Shown in pieces: positions 30,410 through 39,838 of a stretch of DNA of 44,397 bases (the stretch's first letter is position 1; the number at the start of each line of letters is the position of its first letter). A program made the position numbers and the translations under genes. The stretch covers positions 1 through 44,397 of IMG/VR virus record IMGVR_UViG_3300031566_000098; one strand, written 5' to 3'. The DNA is from a virus. Below the pieces are notes generated by a model that saw only the letters and a list, made by a program, of their open reading frames with translations, searched no databases and was not told the DNA's origin.

Positions 30410-32155
30410 ATGGCAAAAGCGAAAGTAGAAACATCCAAAACACCAACGGTAGAGAACATCAAGAAAAGGTTTAAGTCTTACGAGGGATACTACAATCAGT
30501 TACACACAGACCAAAAGGAAATAGACGATTATTACGAATTGGTCTTTGATGCTAAAGTCCCCAAAAACTATCCTGCCCGTATGCCTCCTACTGCGAGAGA
30601 TTGGATAGATGTCGGGGTAAGGCATTTTACTTTAGATAACCCGAAAGCCAAGGTGCGCTTAAGGGCTGATAACGATAAAGCCAGAGGGCAGGTTGCTCTT
30701 TTAGAAACCTTTTATAACTTCTGGCTCAGGCAAGATGTTCGCACTATTAAAAGGGCAGCTAAAAAGCTCCTTAAAAGAGGGGAGGTATTTCTCAAGGTTA
30801 ATATGGATGACACCTACTTCGGGAGTGATAGCGAGGAGAGGTTATTTCACTTCCCGTTGTTTTTAACTGTCCCAGAGCCAATAAATACATACGCTTCACC
30901 AGCACATAGAGGGTTAGTTCCCAACGATGTCATTGAAAGTTTTAACATCACGGTTGCCGAGGCTCAAGGTATGTGCGAGAGGAACAAGTGGGCATGGACA
31001 ACCACAAAAGCTCCCGATAAGTCTGTCAAATGGTTTAGCTATGTGAGTGATTACTGGAGATACTTTTCGCTGGATGGTGAATCTGTTTTAACGCCCGAAG
31101 TTCAGCCTAACATTTTTGGTTTTTGTCCTTATGTGCATATTGACGCTGCTGCGGGTGATGATAACTACGATGGGAAACCAGAGTATTTATATCGTTCTCT
31201 GCTATGGGGCAAGAAGGATATGCTCATGATGGAGGTAAGGAACTTATCTCAAATAGACGCTATCATGTCAAGGTATGCGTGGGTAAAGACTAAGGTAACA
31301 GGTACTAATCCTGAACGAATTAAGACATTATACCCTGATGGGCAAATACCGACTGACCCCGATAAGATTTTATATGATATTAAGGATGAGGCGGAAATTA
31401 GTTATCTACAAGGGGAGCAACCGCCTTCAGGACTGTTTACACAGCTGGCAATGGTTAAATCTTATTCTAGTCCGCCAGATGTGCTTAGTGGGGTTAGACC
31501 TGCTGGCGTTTATAGCGGGCAACATCAAGAAACTCTATTAGCCACAGCAAAGCCGACTTACAAAGATGCCTTCAAGAACCTTGAAGATGCCCTTGGGGTT
31601 GCTATGGGCATGGGAACCAGGATTGCAGAGAAAGTCTATAACTCTCCAATTCAGATTAAGAACTTTGCCTCTGAGGATAACAAACAATACAGGCAGATAA
31701 AACCAACGGATATTAGCGGGCATTATGATTGTGAGGTTCAGTTATTAGCAGAACCGCCAGAGGCAAACGATATGAGAAAGGCTTTGGGTAAGGGCTTGAG
31801 GTCAGGCGGCTCAATAAGCCACATGACAGAACTGAGAGAATATCAGGATATGTCTGAGAAGGAAGCATTGGATGAACTAGCCCAGATAGCTGCTGAGACT
31901 GCTATGCTGCAACCAGCCGTACAAGCCGTTGTTGCTAAGAACGCTATGGACAGGTTAGGTATGCAGAAGGAAAGAGAGGCACTTGAGCAAGCAGAGCAGG
32001 AGGCAAAGCAAAAAGTAGTAAAAAATATTCCACCTACACGTCAGGGCGAAGGGATAAATACAGAAATGGCAAAGACAAGGGGTAGAGTATCGCCTGATCT
32101 TGAATCATCAGCTACGCCACAAGAACAAAAAGTGGCAAGGGAGTTAGCAACTTGA
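30410..32155 (+). CDS. Portal protein (581 aa)
   Basis: Called from size and position directly after terL. It has an acidic coiled-coil C-terminus. Confidence 0.7.
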   Translation: MAKAKVETSKTPTVENIKKRFKSYEGYYNQLHTDQKEIDDYYELVFDAKVPKNYPARMPPTARDWIDVGVRHFTLDNPKAKVRLRADNDKARGQVALLETFYNFWLRQDVRTIKRAAKKLLKRGEVFLKVNMDDTYFGSDSEERLFHFPLFLTVPEPINTYASPAHRGLVPNDVIESFNITVAEAQGMCERNKWAWTTTKAPDKSVKWFSYVSDYWRYFSLDGESVLTPEVQPNIFGFCPYVHIDAAAGDDNYDGKPEYLYRSLLWGKKDMLMMEVRNLSQIDAIMSRYAWVKTKVTGTNPERIKTLYPDGQIPTDPDKILYDIKDEAEISYLQGEQPPSGLFTQLAMVKSYSSPPDVLSGVRPAGVYSGQHQETLLATAKPTYKDAFKNLEDALGVAMGMGTRIAEKVYNSPIQIKNFASEDNKQYRQIKPTDISGHYDCEVQLLAEPPEANDMRKALGKGLRSGGSISHMTELREYQDMSEKEALDELAQIAAETAMLQPAVQAVVAKNAMDRLGMQKEREALEQAEQEAKQKVVKNIPPTRQGEGINTEMAKTRGRVSPDLESSATPQEQKVARELAT

Positions 32156-32391
32156 ACATTCTTACGAACAGTATGAACCGCCTAACCAAAATGCTCACAC
32201 AGACAGATGACAAGCTGAAGGAAATGGGGAAAGAACCCTACGGGATAAGGGAATTGACACCCAGAGAGCAGAAGGAGAAATTTGACAACCTTACGCCCGG
32301 GGAACTGTGGAAGATGATAGACGAACAGGGTGAAGAAGAAGTCAATGCTTGGCTCTCCAAGTTTATGCCGAAGGAGGAAAACTATGGCTGA
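32152..32391 (+). CDS. Hypothetical protein (79 aa), start uncertain (TTG 32152 or ATG 32173)
   Basis: The ORF overlaps the portal stop. Confidence 0.45.
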   Translation: MNILTNSMNRLTKMLTQTDDKLKEMGKEPYGIRELTPREQKEKFDNLTPGELWKMIDEQGEEEVNAWLSKFMPKEENYG

Positions 32392-33088
32392 TTGGATAAC
32401 AGCAACGCTTGAACGCTATGAGGATAAACCAGAAGCCAAACAGAATTTCCTGACAAGTTTAAGCGAATATCAGACATTGGGTCGTGCTGGCTATATGGAG
32501 GCTCACCCTGAGTTATTCGACCTTTCCTTATATGGTGGCGACTGGCGTTCAACTCCGACCTCTGTTTATGTAAATAGAGCCGAGGCTGAAATAAACGATT
32601 TGAGGGGTCTTCTAAGGCAGTTTTCTGGCCCTGAAGCAACTTATATCAGGTGGTTAATAAACCGTCAGATTCAGGACAAGACGGCTGAACGAGAAAGATT
32701 ATCGGGGCGGAAATACGAACCCCGTTATGAAGAAACACCTATGCCAAACTGGATGAAGGACTATCTGGAAACATCTATGCCTGTAGGAGTGACAACGCCA
32801 ACTACAGAAGGACGTACAAGAAGAGGCCAACAACAAGATGTAAGCAAACTCGCCTCTACTCTCCGTCCTATGGGAGCACAGGCAGAATTGAGTCCTGAGC
32901 AGATGGGACAGATGGCCGGCTATGGAGCATGGGGAGCGAGTGGTAGTCCATATGGGTTTTCCGAAGCAAACATAACATCGATGGCAGACTGGGAGAGACA
33001 CTGGATTCCCTATACACGTTTGTCTGAAGCTCTATTTCCTACAAAAACAAAGCTACGAGCGGGATGGTTACCTGCGATGCAAAAATAA
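32384..33088 (+). CDS. Hypothetical head-module protein (234 aa)
   Basis: GGAGGAAAA SD upstream of the internal ATG (MADWITATL...). Confidence 0.6.
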   Translation: MADWITATLERYEDKPEAKQNFLTSLSEYQTLGRAGYMEAHPELFDLSLYGGDWRSTPTSVYVNRAEAEINDLRGLLRQFSGPEATYIRWLINRQIQDKTAERERLSGRKYEPRYEETPMPNWMKDYLETSMPVGVTTPTTEGRTRRGQQQDVSKLASTLRPMGAQAELSPEQMGQMAGYGAWGASGSPYGFSEANITSMADWERHWIPYTRLSEALFPTKTKLRAGWLPAMQK

Positions 33089-33097
33089 GGAGATACT

Positions 33098-33544
33098 ATG
33101 CTTAAAGGTAAAGTAGCCTTAGTTTATGCTGCTGGAATTATTGATGGTGAAGGTTGTATAGGATTGTATAAGAAAAAGGCTACAGATTGTAAACTTGGCT
33201 ATCACCTTGTCGTAAAGGTTCAAGTTGGTAATACGCAGGAATGGCTTATTCGGTGGCTACAAATGCAATTTGGTGGATGTATAACTTATAGCCATTGTAA
33301 ATTAAAAAGCTGGAAACCCCAATGGAGATGGATAATTGCAGCTAATAAGGCGACAGAATGTCTTAAATTAGTTTTGCCTTATTTACAACTTAAAAGACCA
33401 CAAGCTGAAATAGTAATTCAATATCAAAAAAATCGTCATCGGGGGCGAAATGCTTGGAAAACCCCTGAACAGATAGCTCTAGAAGAAGCACAATATCTTC
33501 TAATGCAAAATCTGAATCGTAGAGGAGTAGAACATGCCATATAA
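33098..33544 (+). CDS. LAGLIDADG homing endonuclease, single-motif, copy 3 (148 aa)
   Basis: Motif LVYAAGIIDGEGCIGL. Shared blocks: FGGC, PQWRW, LPYLQLKRPQAEI, IALEEAQ. It has its own AAGGAG SD. Confidence 0.85.
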   Translation: MLKGKVALVYAAGIIDGEGCIGLYKKKATDCKLGYHLVVKVQVGNTQEWLIRWLQMQFGGCITYSHCKLKSWKPQWRWIIAANKATECLKLVLPYLQLKRPQAEIVIQYQKNRHRGRNAWKTPEQIALEEAQYLLMQNLNRRGVEHAI

Positions 33545-33692
33545 AGTAGTAAAGCAAGACAGTAAATGGGCTATTATCAATAAGGAGACAGGCAAGGTCG
33601 TGGGTCATTCTGATACCAAGGCTAAAGCAGAATCATCTGCTAAGGCGAGGATGGCTTCTCATCATGGCTGGAAGCCAACAAAGAGGAGATAG
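33534..33692 (+). CDS. Hypothetical miniprotein (52 aa)
   Basis: Hand translation: MPYKVVKQDSKWAIINKETGKVVGHSDTKAKAESSAKARMASHHGWKPTKRR. It overlaps the end of the endonuclease gene. Confidence 0.45.
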   Translation: MPYKVVKQDSKWAIINKETGKVVGHSDTKAKAESSAKARMASHHGWKPTKRR

Positions 33693-33694
33693 AA

Positions 33695-36600
33695 TTGGCA
33701 TTAAAATGGTGGGCTGTAACTGATATAGTCAGCAAAGAATCCGAAACGACACGGCAAAAAGCTGAGAACGTACTCGCTGATTTGCAACGCAGACAACAAG
33801 CACGCCGTGAGCAGGACGAAATCGAGGCATTAGAAAAGAAAGAGGCAAGGACAAAGTTATCGTCTAATTGGCTTGAAGCGCAACTTCGTGTGAGGGCTGC
33901 CGATGACATCAAGGCAACCAATGAACTATATGCCCAATTAGGACTGCCAGACCAGATTCCCTTTAGTGAATCAGCCATTAGTCAGCAGATTCGTTCTGGG
34001 GGAACTTGGGCACAGGAATTAGGGAAATATGCTGAACAGCAAATTGCCCAAGGCCAGCAGGAGGCTGAACAGGAACTTCGTGCTGATGTGACAGAGAAAC
34101 TTCTCAAAGACGGCCTAATTACCGTTGGCACACCAGAAGAGGCAGCAGAAAAGGAGATACAGGCTGCCATAGCAGCTAGAAAAGCTGAAGATGCCTTCAA
34201 GCAGGGCGATTACGCGAACGCTAAAGACTGGCAAGATATATCTGATAGAATAAGGAAGGGGGAAGTAGTTCCTGAGTACCAATTTAATGAGGAACTTGGG
34301 GGTCAGGAATTAGTGTATAAGGAAGTAGATATACCATTTACCCTAACAACTGAAGATGGCGAGGATGTAGAACTCACTTACAGGCAGACCGATTCTACCG
34401 TATGGCAAGATGGTAAGTTAGTAGGCACTATTGATGAAACTACTGGTGAGTTTGTACCCAAAGAACCCTCGGTAGGGCGGAAGATACTAAGTGGTATTCT
34501 AAAAGCTCTGAATTATGTCTTTTACCCCTTCACTGCCTTTGGGATGCTTGTATGGTCATCAGGTCAATCTGCTGTTCAATTACAGGAATTAGCTGAACGA
34601 GCTGAACAGGGAGACTATGAGGCTTCGATGGCACTTCAAGACCTTTTGGGTGTTAGTGGTCACTATACCGCCACTGACCCCACGCTGGTTGGGTTAACAA
34701 GAGAGAAACTTGGAGTGGTGGATTATACACCGAGCAAGGAATGGTTGCCTGGTGGTGAAACTTATGAGAAATACAGAGAACTACCCTGGTATAAACAACT
34801 ACTATATGAAGCTCCCGCATGGGCGTTATTGGGGGTATCAGGCGGTGCTACGGGAGCGAGTGCAAGAATACTCCCTCAAACTGCACGAACTGGCGTTGGG
34901 GGATTGCTTGCTAGAACAGCATATAGAGCATTAGCTCCTGGCAGAGGGCTTGAAAAAGGGCTTGAAAGAGCGATTGGGGGTATTATCAGGCGTATTCCCC
35001 CATTAAAGAAGTATCTCATAGACAAACCCCTAGAAACGTCTATAAAGAATTACATAAAGCAACAGACTGGTCGTGAGGCGACACAATTAGAAATTAACCT
35101 TGTGAAAGATATGGTTGCTAGTATGCCCACACCTCAAGCTAGTGCCAAACTCCAAGAGGAAACAATAAGGTTATTAGCACAGAGATTCGGGTCTCAAGCC
35201 GTTGGGAGATATTACACTGGAGGCCGTCAGATGAGCGAGGCTGTTATCAAGGATGTTATCGCCCATGCCAAGAAGGTTGGGGATACAGAATTACAGAACG
35301 CAGCCGAAAGATTCCTAAAGCAGTGGTTAGCATCAAAGACGGCTGAAGCTCAAGCCGAGTTAATGAGGGGAGACCTGTTCATAAAGTTGTTCGGGGAACT
35401 TGAAAGAGGTGGGGTGAAAATAACGGACAGTATAATCTCTGAAATAGGGCGTATGGCAGCAGCGGAGGCTGAACAATATTATCCTGCTGCGTATCATGCA
35501 GCTCTGGCGTTAGAAGGGCAGGAGGCAGCACACACACTCGTTGTGGATAATTTGGCACAGTTATTTAATATTCCCGTAGCTGATATAACTGCTGAGGTCA
35601 TAGCGGGCATATTCGGTAAGGGTGCTTTACCCTTAACTGGTGCTCTTGTTGAACAATTAACAAATCTTGGCGTGACCAATGCCGAGAAGATGTCTGCTGA
35701 AGAAGCATGGGCAGCATTATTTAAGGGGACATTACCTAAAGTTGCACCAACAGAAGTTCCTGTGGGTGAGGTTACACCTGTTGCTCCTGAAATACCCACA
35801 AAGGGTAAGATAGTACCCAAAACTGAAGTTGCTGAGACTACTGCTGCTGCGGAGTGGGAAACTACCACAGTAGAGGCAGGCGAAGGCGAAGTTACAGTTG
35901 AAGGACTAGAACCTGTTAGGATGATAAGGGGGATACAGGCTAGATACATTCAACAGCGACAGGATGTGCAGATAGTCAAGACTGAACTCACCAAGTATGT
36001 TAAAGAGCATTTACCCAAAGAAGTTCAAGGGAAGATGTTGGCTTCAGTCAAGAATGTTAAAACTGATGCACAACTCAGAAAGGCTATGGACTTAGCCGAT
36101 AAATATGCTGAGGTCGCTGCACAGAAAACCATAGCAGCACAAATAACGAAAGAGTTACGGGCAACCAAACCCACAAAAGTCACTACTGGCTTGAGGTATG
36201 GCAAGTTTACCCCAGAAGCCCAAAGAATACTTGACGGCATCAAGAAGAACATCAATAGAGACAGAGGTAATGTTCAGGAAGAAATCCTCAAATATATGAC
36301 GGCAGCCGAGAAGGGTGAGCTTCCTTATGATGAAGCTGCCGAAGCCATAGAGATTTTATCGGTTTCTGGATTAAAGGGAATGTCATCTAATGAGATGGCG
36401 AACTCCCTTAATTATATCAAGGGAATCAAGGCAACGGGTCGCAGTGCGAGGTTAGCCCAGAGAGAAGCTGAGGTTGCTAGAGTAAAAGAGCGTATAGATA
36501 ACACTATCGGTGTTGTGACAGGTGGCAAGGGCATTAAACCTGGGGCAGAGACAGTCGGCACGGCCAACTTTGAAAAGCGAACTGGAGTTTGGGAAGGAGT

Positions 36601-38650
36601 AGAAAATAGTCATTTAGGTATGGATGACCTTTTGGATAAACTAAGCAAGTTTGATAAGGCATCCAAACCCTATCAGAGTATTCTTAACCAATTAGGCGAT
36701 AATCTGCATCTTAGCCGAGCCACCCAAATAAGTGGGGAAGCATATTGGCTTGATAAAGTAATATCGCAGATAAAGGAATTGTTTGACACCCAAAATCGCA
36801 GACAACTGAACGCTCTCCTGAACCAAATATCTGACGACAAGATAGATTTGGGCATTTTCAAAAATACTGATGGGGTAGAGGTTAAGTTATCTCTAACGAG
36901 AGACCAGTTGATAGAAAGGTGGATGCAATTACAAGACCCAACGCTTGAGAGAACATTCAGGGAGGGAATGAAATGGACTGACGAAATGATGGCTGTGGTT
37001 CAGGATAAGATTCCCGAAGCGGACTTAGAGATAGCCAGATGGTTAATGAATACCTATCAGACTTATGGTAAGGGCTTACAGCCATATTATCAAGCGAAGT
37101 TCCACATGGATTTACCCTTAAATCCTTATTATTCACCGTTGAGTAGGGATATTAACAGTGATATACATGAACATCTTGCCTTTGTAAACCAAGCCTTTAG
37201 TTATTCAAGTGTCACGAGTCGCCATCTGAAACCCAGGGTACGCTCAATAGCACCCTTGCGTAATGATGGTGCTTTGCGAACATACACGAGATTTATAACG
37301 GAGATGGAGCATTTTAAGGCTTTCTCACAATCAATGAAAGAAGCCAGACAGGTATTCGGCAATAAGGATGTCAAAACTGCGATAAGGCAATATCATGGTA
37401 ACAATATCCTGAAATATCTAAATAAACACCTAGATGATATAGCCCGTGATGGGATTGATAAGGCAAAAGTCATACACTGGTTGGATGTTATACGGCGTAA
37501 TTTCACTGTTGCTGTCTTGGTATCCCCCGCCGTAAGTCTAAGGCAGATTGTTTCGCTCCCTGCGTATATGTTGCACGACAAGATGCCGATTAAGGATTTC
37601 TTTGAAGGCGTAACGGATTTTTGGAAAAACCCGATACAGAATTACAGGATGCTGAAAGCGAAATCGCCATATCTTAATGAGCGATGGGGAGCGGGGTATG
37701 AAAGGGATGTTAAGCTGGTTATGCAAAAAGGCTGGCAGGGGAAACTTTCCCAAAGGCGTAATTGGCGTGACCATCTGATGATTGGGATACGCTTCTTTGA
37801 TACGGCAGCCACCGTGCAGGGTTCTTATGCTGTGTATAAGTCTATGCTAAAACAGAAATATACGGAAGAACAGGCTATTTTAGAGGCTGAATTAGCGACT
37901 AAAAGAACACAGCCTTCATTCGGATTAGAAGATATGGCAGCTCTACGTAAGGAAGGCTCTATGTGGTCATTATTTACAATGTTTATGAGCCAACCTAACA
38001 AATACTTTAGAATTATCGCCCAGAACGCTAGAAACCTTAAGTATGGTAGGGGGGACAAGAAAAGGGCATTATTCCATCTCATTATGGCGTGGGCTGTTCT
38101 TCCGATGGTATTTCAATGGATGGCTGATGCTTTTCAATGGAAGAAAGAGCGACAACTGCGTGCTGCGGTTTTAGGCCCTATCAACTTTATGTTTGTTGCT
38201 GGTGATATTGCACAACATTTATGGGGGTGGGCATCTGGAGACCAGGAGTTTCAATATCAAGGAAGCCCTATCTTCTCCACAATAAACGAGTTGGCTTGGG
38301 CACTGGGCAGAACTACCACACTCATCCAGCAGGGTGCAGACCCCATAAAAGAGATAGACCCTGAATATCTAATTCAAACTGTCGAATACTACGCACAATT
38401 CACAGGGAAATTTGTAGGCGTGCCAACCCGTTATATTGTTCAAATAGAACGAGGCATCAGGAACGCTGATTTCAGGCAATTAGTATTCTCCGAGTATTCT
38501 CTAAGAGGCACAACCGAGGAAGAAGCTGAAAAGAAGGCATTAAGGAAATTACAGGATGCCTTTGCCGTGTCTCGTGGCAAAACTAAGTGGACTGAATTAA
38601 CAGGCACGGAACAGGGACAATTCTGGGAGTTAAGACCAGACCTTAAATAG
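33695..38650 (+). CDS. Very large virion-module protein (1651 aa), function unknown; internal, ejection or head-morphogenesis candidate
   Basis: Uninterrupted 4956-nt ORF. The TTG start lies 7 nt after AGGAG. The N-terminus is Ala/Glu/Gln-rich and coiled-coil-like, and several hydrophobic segments follow. It sits between portal and scaffold. Confidence 0.8.
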   Translation: MALKWWAVTDIVSKESETTRQKAENVLADLQRRQQARREQDEIEALEKKEARTKLSSNWLEAQLRVRAADDIKATNELYAQLGLPDQIPFSESAISQQIRSGGTWAQELGKYAEQQIAQGQQEAEQELRADVTEKLLKDGLITVGTPEEAAEKEIQAAIAARKAEDAFKQGDYANAKDWQDISDRIRKGEVVPEYQFNEELGGQELVYKEVDIPFTLTTEDGEDVELTYRQTDSTVWQDGKLVGTIDETTGEFVPKEPSVGRKILSGILKALNYVFYPFTAFGMLVWSSGQSAVQLQELAERAEQGDYEASMALQDLLGVSGHYTATDPTLVGLTREKLGVVDYTPSKEWLPGGETYEKYRELPWYKQLLYEAPAWALLGVSGGATGASARILPQTARTGVGGLLARTAYRALAPGRGLEKGLERAIGGIIRRIPPLKKYLIDKPLETSIKNYIKQQTGREATQLEINLVKDMVASMPTPQASAKLQEETIRLLAQRFGSQAVGRYYTGGRQMSEAVIKDVIAHAKKVGDTELQNAAERFLKQWLASKTAEAQAELMRGDLFIKLFGELERGGVKITDSIISEIGRMAAAEAEQYYPAAYHAALALEGQEAAHTLVVDNLAQLFNIPVADITAEVIAGIFGKGALPLTGALVEQLTNLGVTNAEKMSAEEAWAALFKGTLPKVAPTEVPVGEVTPVAPEIPTKGKIVPKTEVAETTAAAEWETTTVEAGEGEVTVEGLEPVRMIRGIQARYIQQRQDVQIVKTELTKYVKEHLPKEVQGKMLASVKNVKTDAQLRKAMDLADKYAEVAAQKTIAAQITKELRATKPTKVTTGLRYGKFTPEAQRILDGIKKNINRDRGNVQEEILKYMTAAEKGELPYDEAAEAIEILSVSGLKGMSSNEMANSLNYIKGIKATGRSARLAQREAEVARVKERIDNTIGVVTGGKGIKPGAETVGTANFEKRTGVWEGVENSHLGMDDLLDKLSKFDKASKPYQSILNQLGDNLHLSRATQISGEAYWLDKVISQIKELFDTQNRRQLNALLNQISDDKIDLGIFKNTDGVEVKLSLTRDQLIERWMQLQDPTLERTFREGMKWTDEMMAVVQDKIPEADLEIARWLMNTYQTYGKGLQPYYQAKFHMDLPLNPYYSPLSRDINSDIHEHLAFVNQAFSYSSVTSRHLKPRVRSIAPLRNDGALRTYTRFITEMEHFKAFSQSMKEARQVFGNKDVKTAIRQYHGNNILKYLNKHLDDIARDGIDKAKVIHWLDVIRRNFTVAVLVSPAVSLRQIVSLPAYMLHDKMPIKDFFEGVTDFWKNPIQNYRMLKAKSPYLNERWGAGYERDVKLVMQKGWQGKLSQRRNWRDHLMIGIRFFDTAATVQGSYAVYKSMLKQKYTEEQAILEAELATKRTQPSFGLEDMAALRKEGSMWSLFTMFMSQPNKYFRIIAQNARNLKYGRGDKKRALFHLIMAWAVLPMVFQWMADAFQWKKERQLRAAVLGPINFMFVAGDIAQHLWGWASGDQEFQYQGSPIFSTINELAWALGRTTTLIQQGADPIKEIDPEYLIQTVEYYAQFTGKFVGVPTRYIVQIERGIRNADFRQLVFSEYSLRGTTEEEAEKKALRKLQDAFAVSRGKTKWTELTGTEQGQFWELRPDLK

Positions 38651-38903
38651 CTAAAGCCCAAGCCCAAAGAAACACTAACCCTGGAATTCCCAAAATAATG
38701 GCGAAGTTGATTTTCCAAGTCCACCCATTGAATCTTTTTCTGATAGGGATAGGGATAGGGACAGAACCGCCTTCAGGTATTGTAGTTCTTGATTCCTCTT
38801 CTAATTTCTCTCTTCGCTCATCCTCTATAAACTCACCGATAAGCCACAAGACAAAGAAAAAGGTTAAAAGAATTATGCCACCTTGGGCTAACAGTATTAA
38901 CAT
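38643..38903 (-). CDS. Two-TM membrane protein (86 aa) encoded antisense within the structural operon; superinfection-exclusion-type moron candidate
   Basis: GGGGGTGA SD. TM1 is LILLAQGGIILLTFFFVLWLIG, followed by a charged linker, and TM2 is INFAIILGIPGLVFLWAWALAI. Confidence 0.55.
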   Translation of the reverse strand: MLILLAQGGIILLTFFFVLWLIGEFIEDERREKLEEESRTTIPEGGSVPIPIPIRKRFNGWTWKINFAIILGIPGLVFLWAWALAI

Positions 38904-38921
38904 TTCTTCACCCCCTAATTA

Positions 38922-38951
38922 AGACTAACACTAACCCCTAGAATCTGTCAA
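38922..38951 (-). promoter_or_regulatory. Candidate promoter TTGACA-18-TAGTCT for the antisense membrane-protein gene
   Basis: The minus strand reads TTGACA gattctaggggttagtgt TAGTCT, 18 nt upstream of the ATG. Confidence 0.4.
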
Positions 38952-39148
38952 GAGCCACCTTAAAGACTCAACAGAGCCCCTTAACCTTAATGGTTAGGGA
39001 ATTACTACCCCCAGACAATTTCATACTCTAATTTTGAATAACCCACCGATATGGAGTCGAGTATCGGCTGTTATTATCTTGCCTCAAGTCGAAGGCAAGA
39101 TTAAACCGTCTCCAAGAATCAACAGAAGAATGGAGAAGGAGGTAAAAC

Positions 39149-39820
39149 ATGGAGGAAAAGCAAGACACTCAGGTTGAACCTGAAAAACAGGTGGAAGCCG
39201 AGGTTGCTGCGCCTCAACAAACTACCGAGGAACTTCAACAGGAGATAGTAAGAAAAGAAGAGGTAATTAAGCAGCTAAAAGGCAGCTTGAAGGCTGCACA
39301 GGAACGAGGTGTACCTAAAGAAGAGCTTACCACTCTACATAAGAGGATAGACGATATGCAAGAATGGTACGCAACGGTATCGGATGACCTTGCACGGCGT
39401 ATTAGCGGTGAAGAGGATGAATCCAAACCAGTGCGGAAAACCTACAGCCAGCAATTAGAGGACAAGAGGAAGGAAGCTAAACCCAAAGAGGAAACCAAGC
39501 TAGACCCCGATGTCCAAAAGTTTATCAATTACATACACAGTCAGGAGCTTGAATATGACAACCCTTTAGTGCAGGAGGCTGTTGCCGATGAAAGAACTCC
39601 ACAGGAGGCCCTGAGATATCTAAAGGATAAAGCCAAAAACCAAACCCAGGCTGAAGTTGATAAGTTGGCAGATGAAAAGGCTAAAACCTTGTTAGAGCAG
39701 AAGCTCAAGGATTTAGGCTACACCGTTTCTGGTGCTAGTGGGCCAAGTGCCCCTGCAACGACATGGCGGGAAAAAACCCCTGAAGAAAAACTTCTCCTTG
39801 GAGTATCTGGGAAAAAATAA
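39149..39820 (+). CDS. Scaffolding protein candidate (223 aa)
   Basis: Highly charged Glu/Lys/Gln-rich helical sequence, immediately upstream of the capsid gene. Confidence 0.6.
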   Translation: MEEKQDTQVEPEKQVEAEVAAPQQTTEELQQEIVRKEEVIKQLKGSLKAAQERGVPKEELTTLHKRIDDMQEWYATVSDDLARRISGEEDESKPVRKTYSQQLEDKRKEAKPKEETKLDPDVQKFINYIHSQELEYDNPLVQEAVADERTPQEALRYLKDKAKNQTQAEVDKLADEKAKTLLEQKLKDLGYTVSGASGPSAPATTWREKTPEEKLLLGVSGKK

Positions 39821-39838
39821 ACTAAAAAGGAACTTAAA

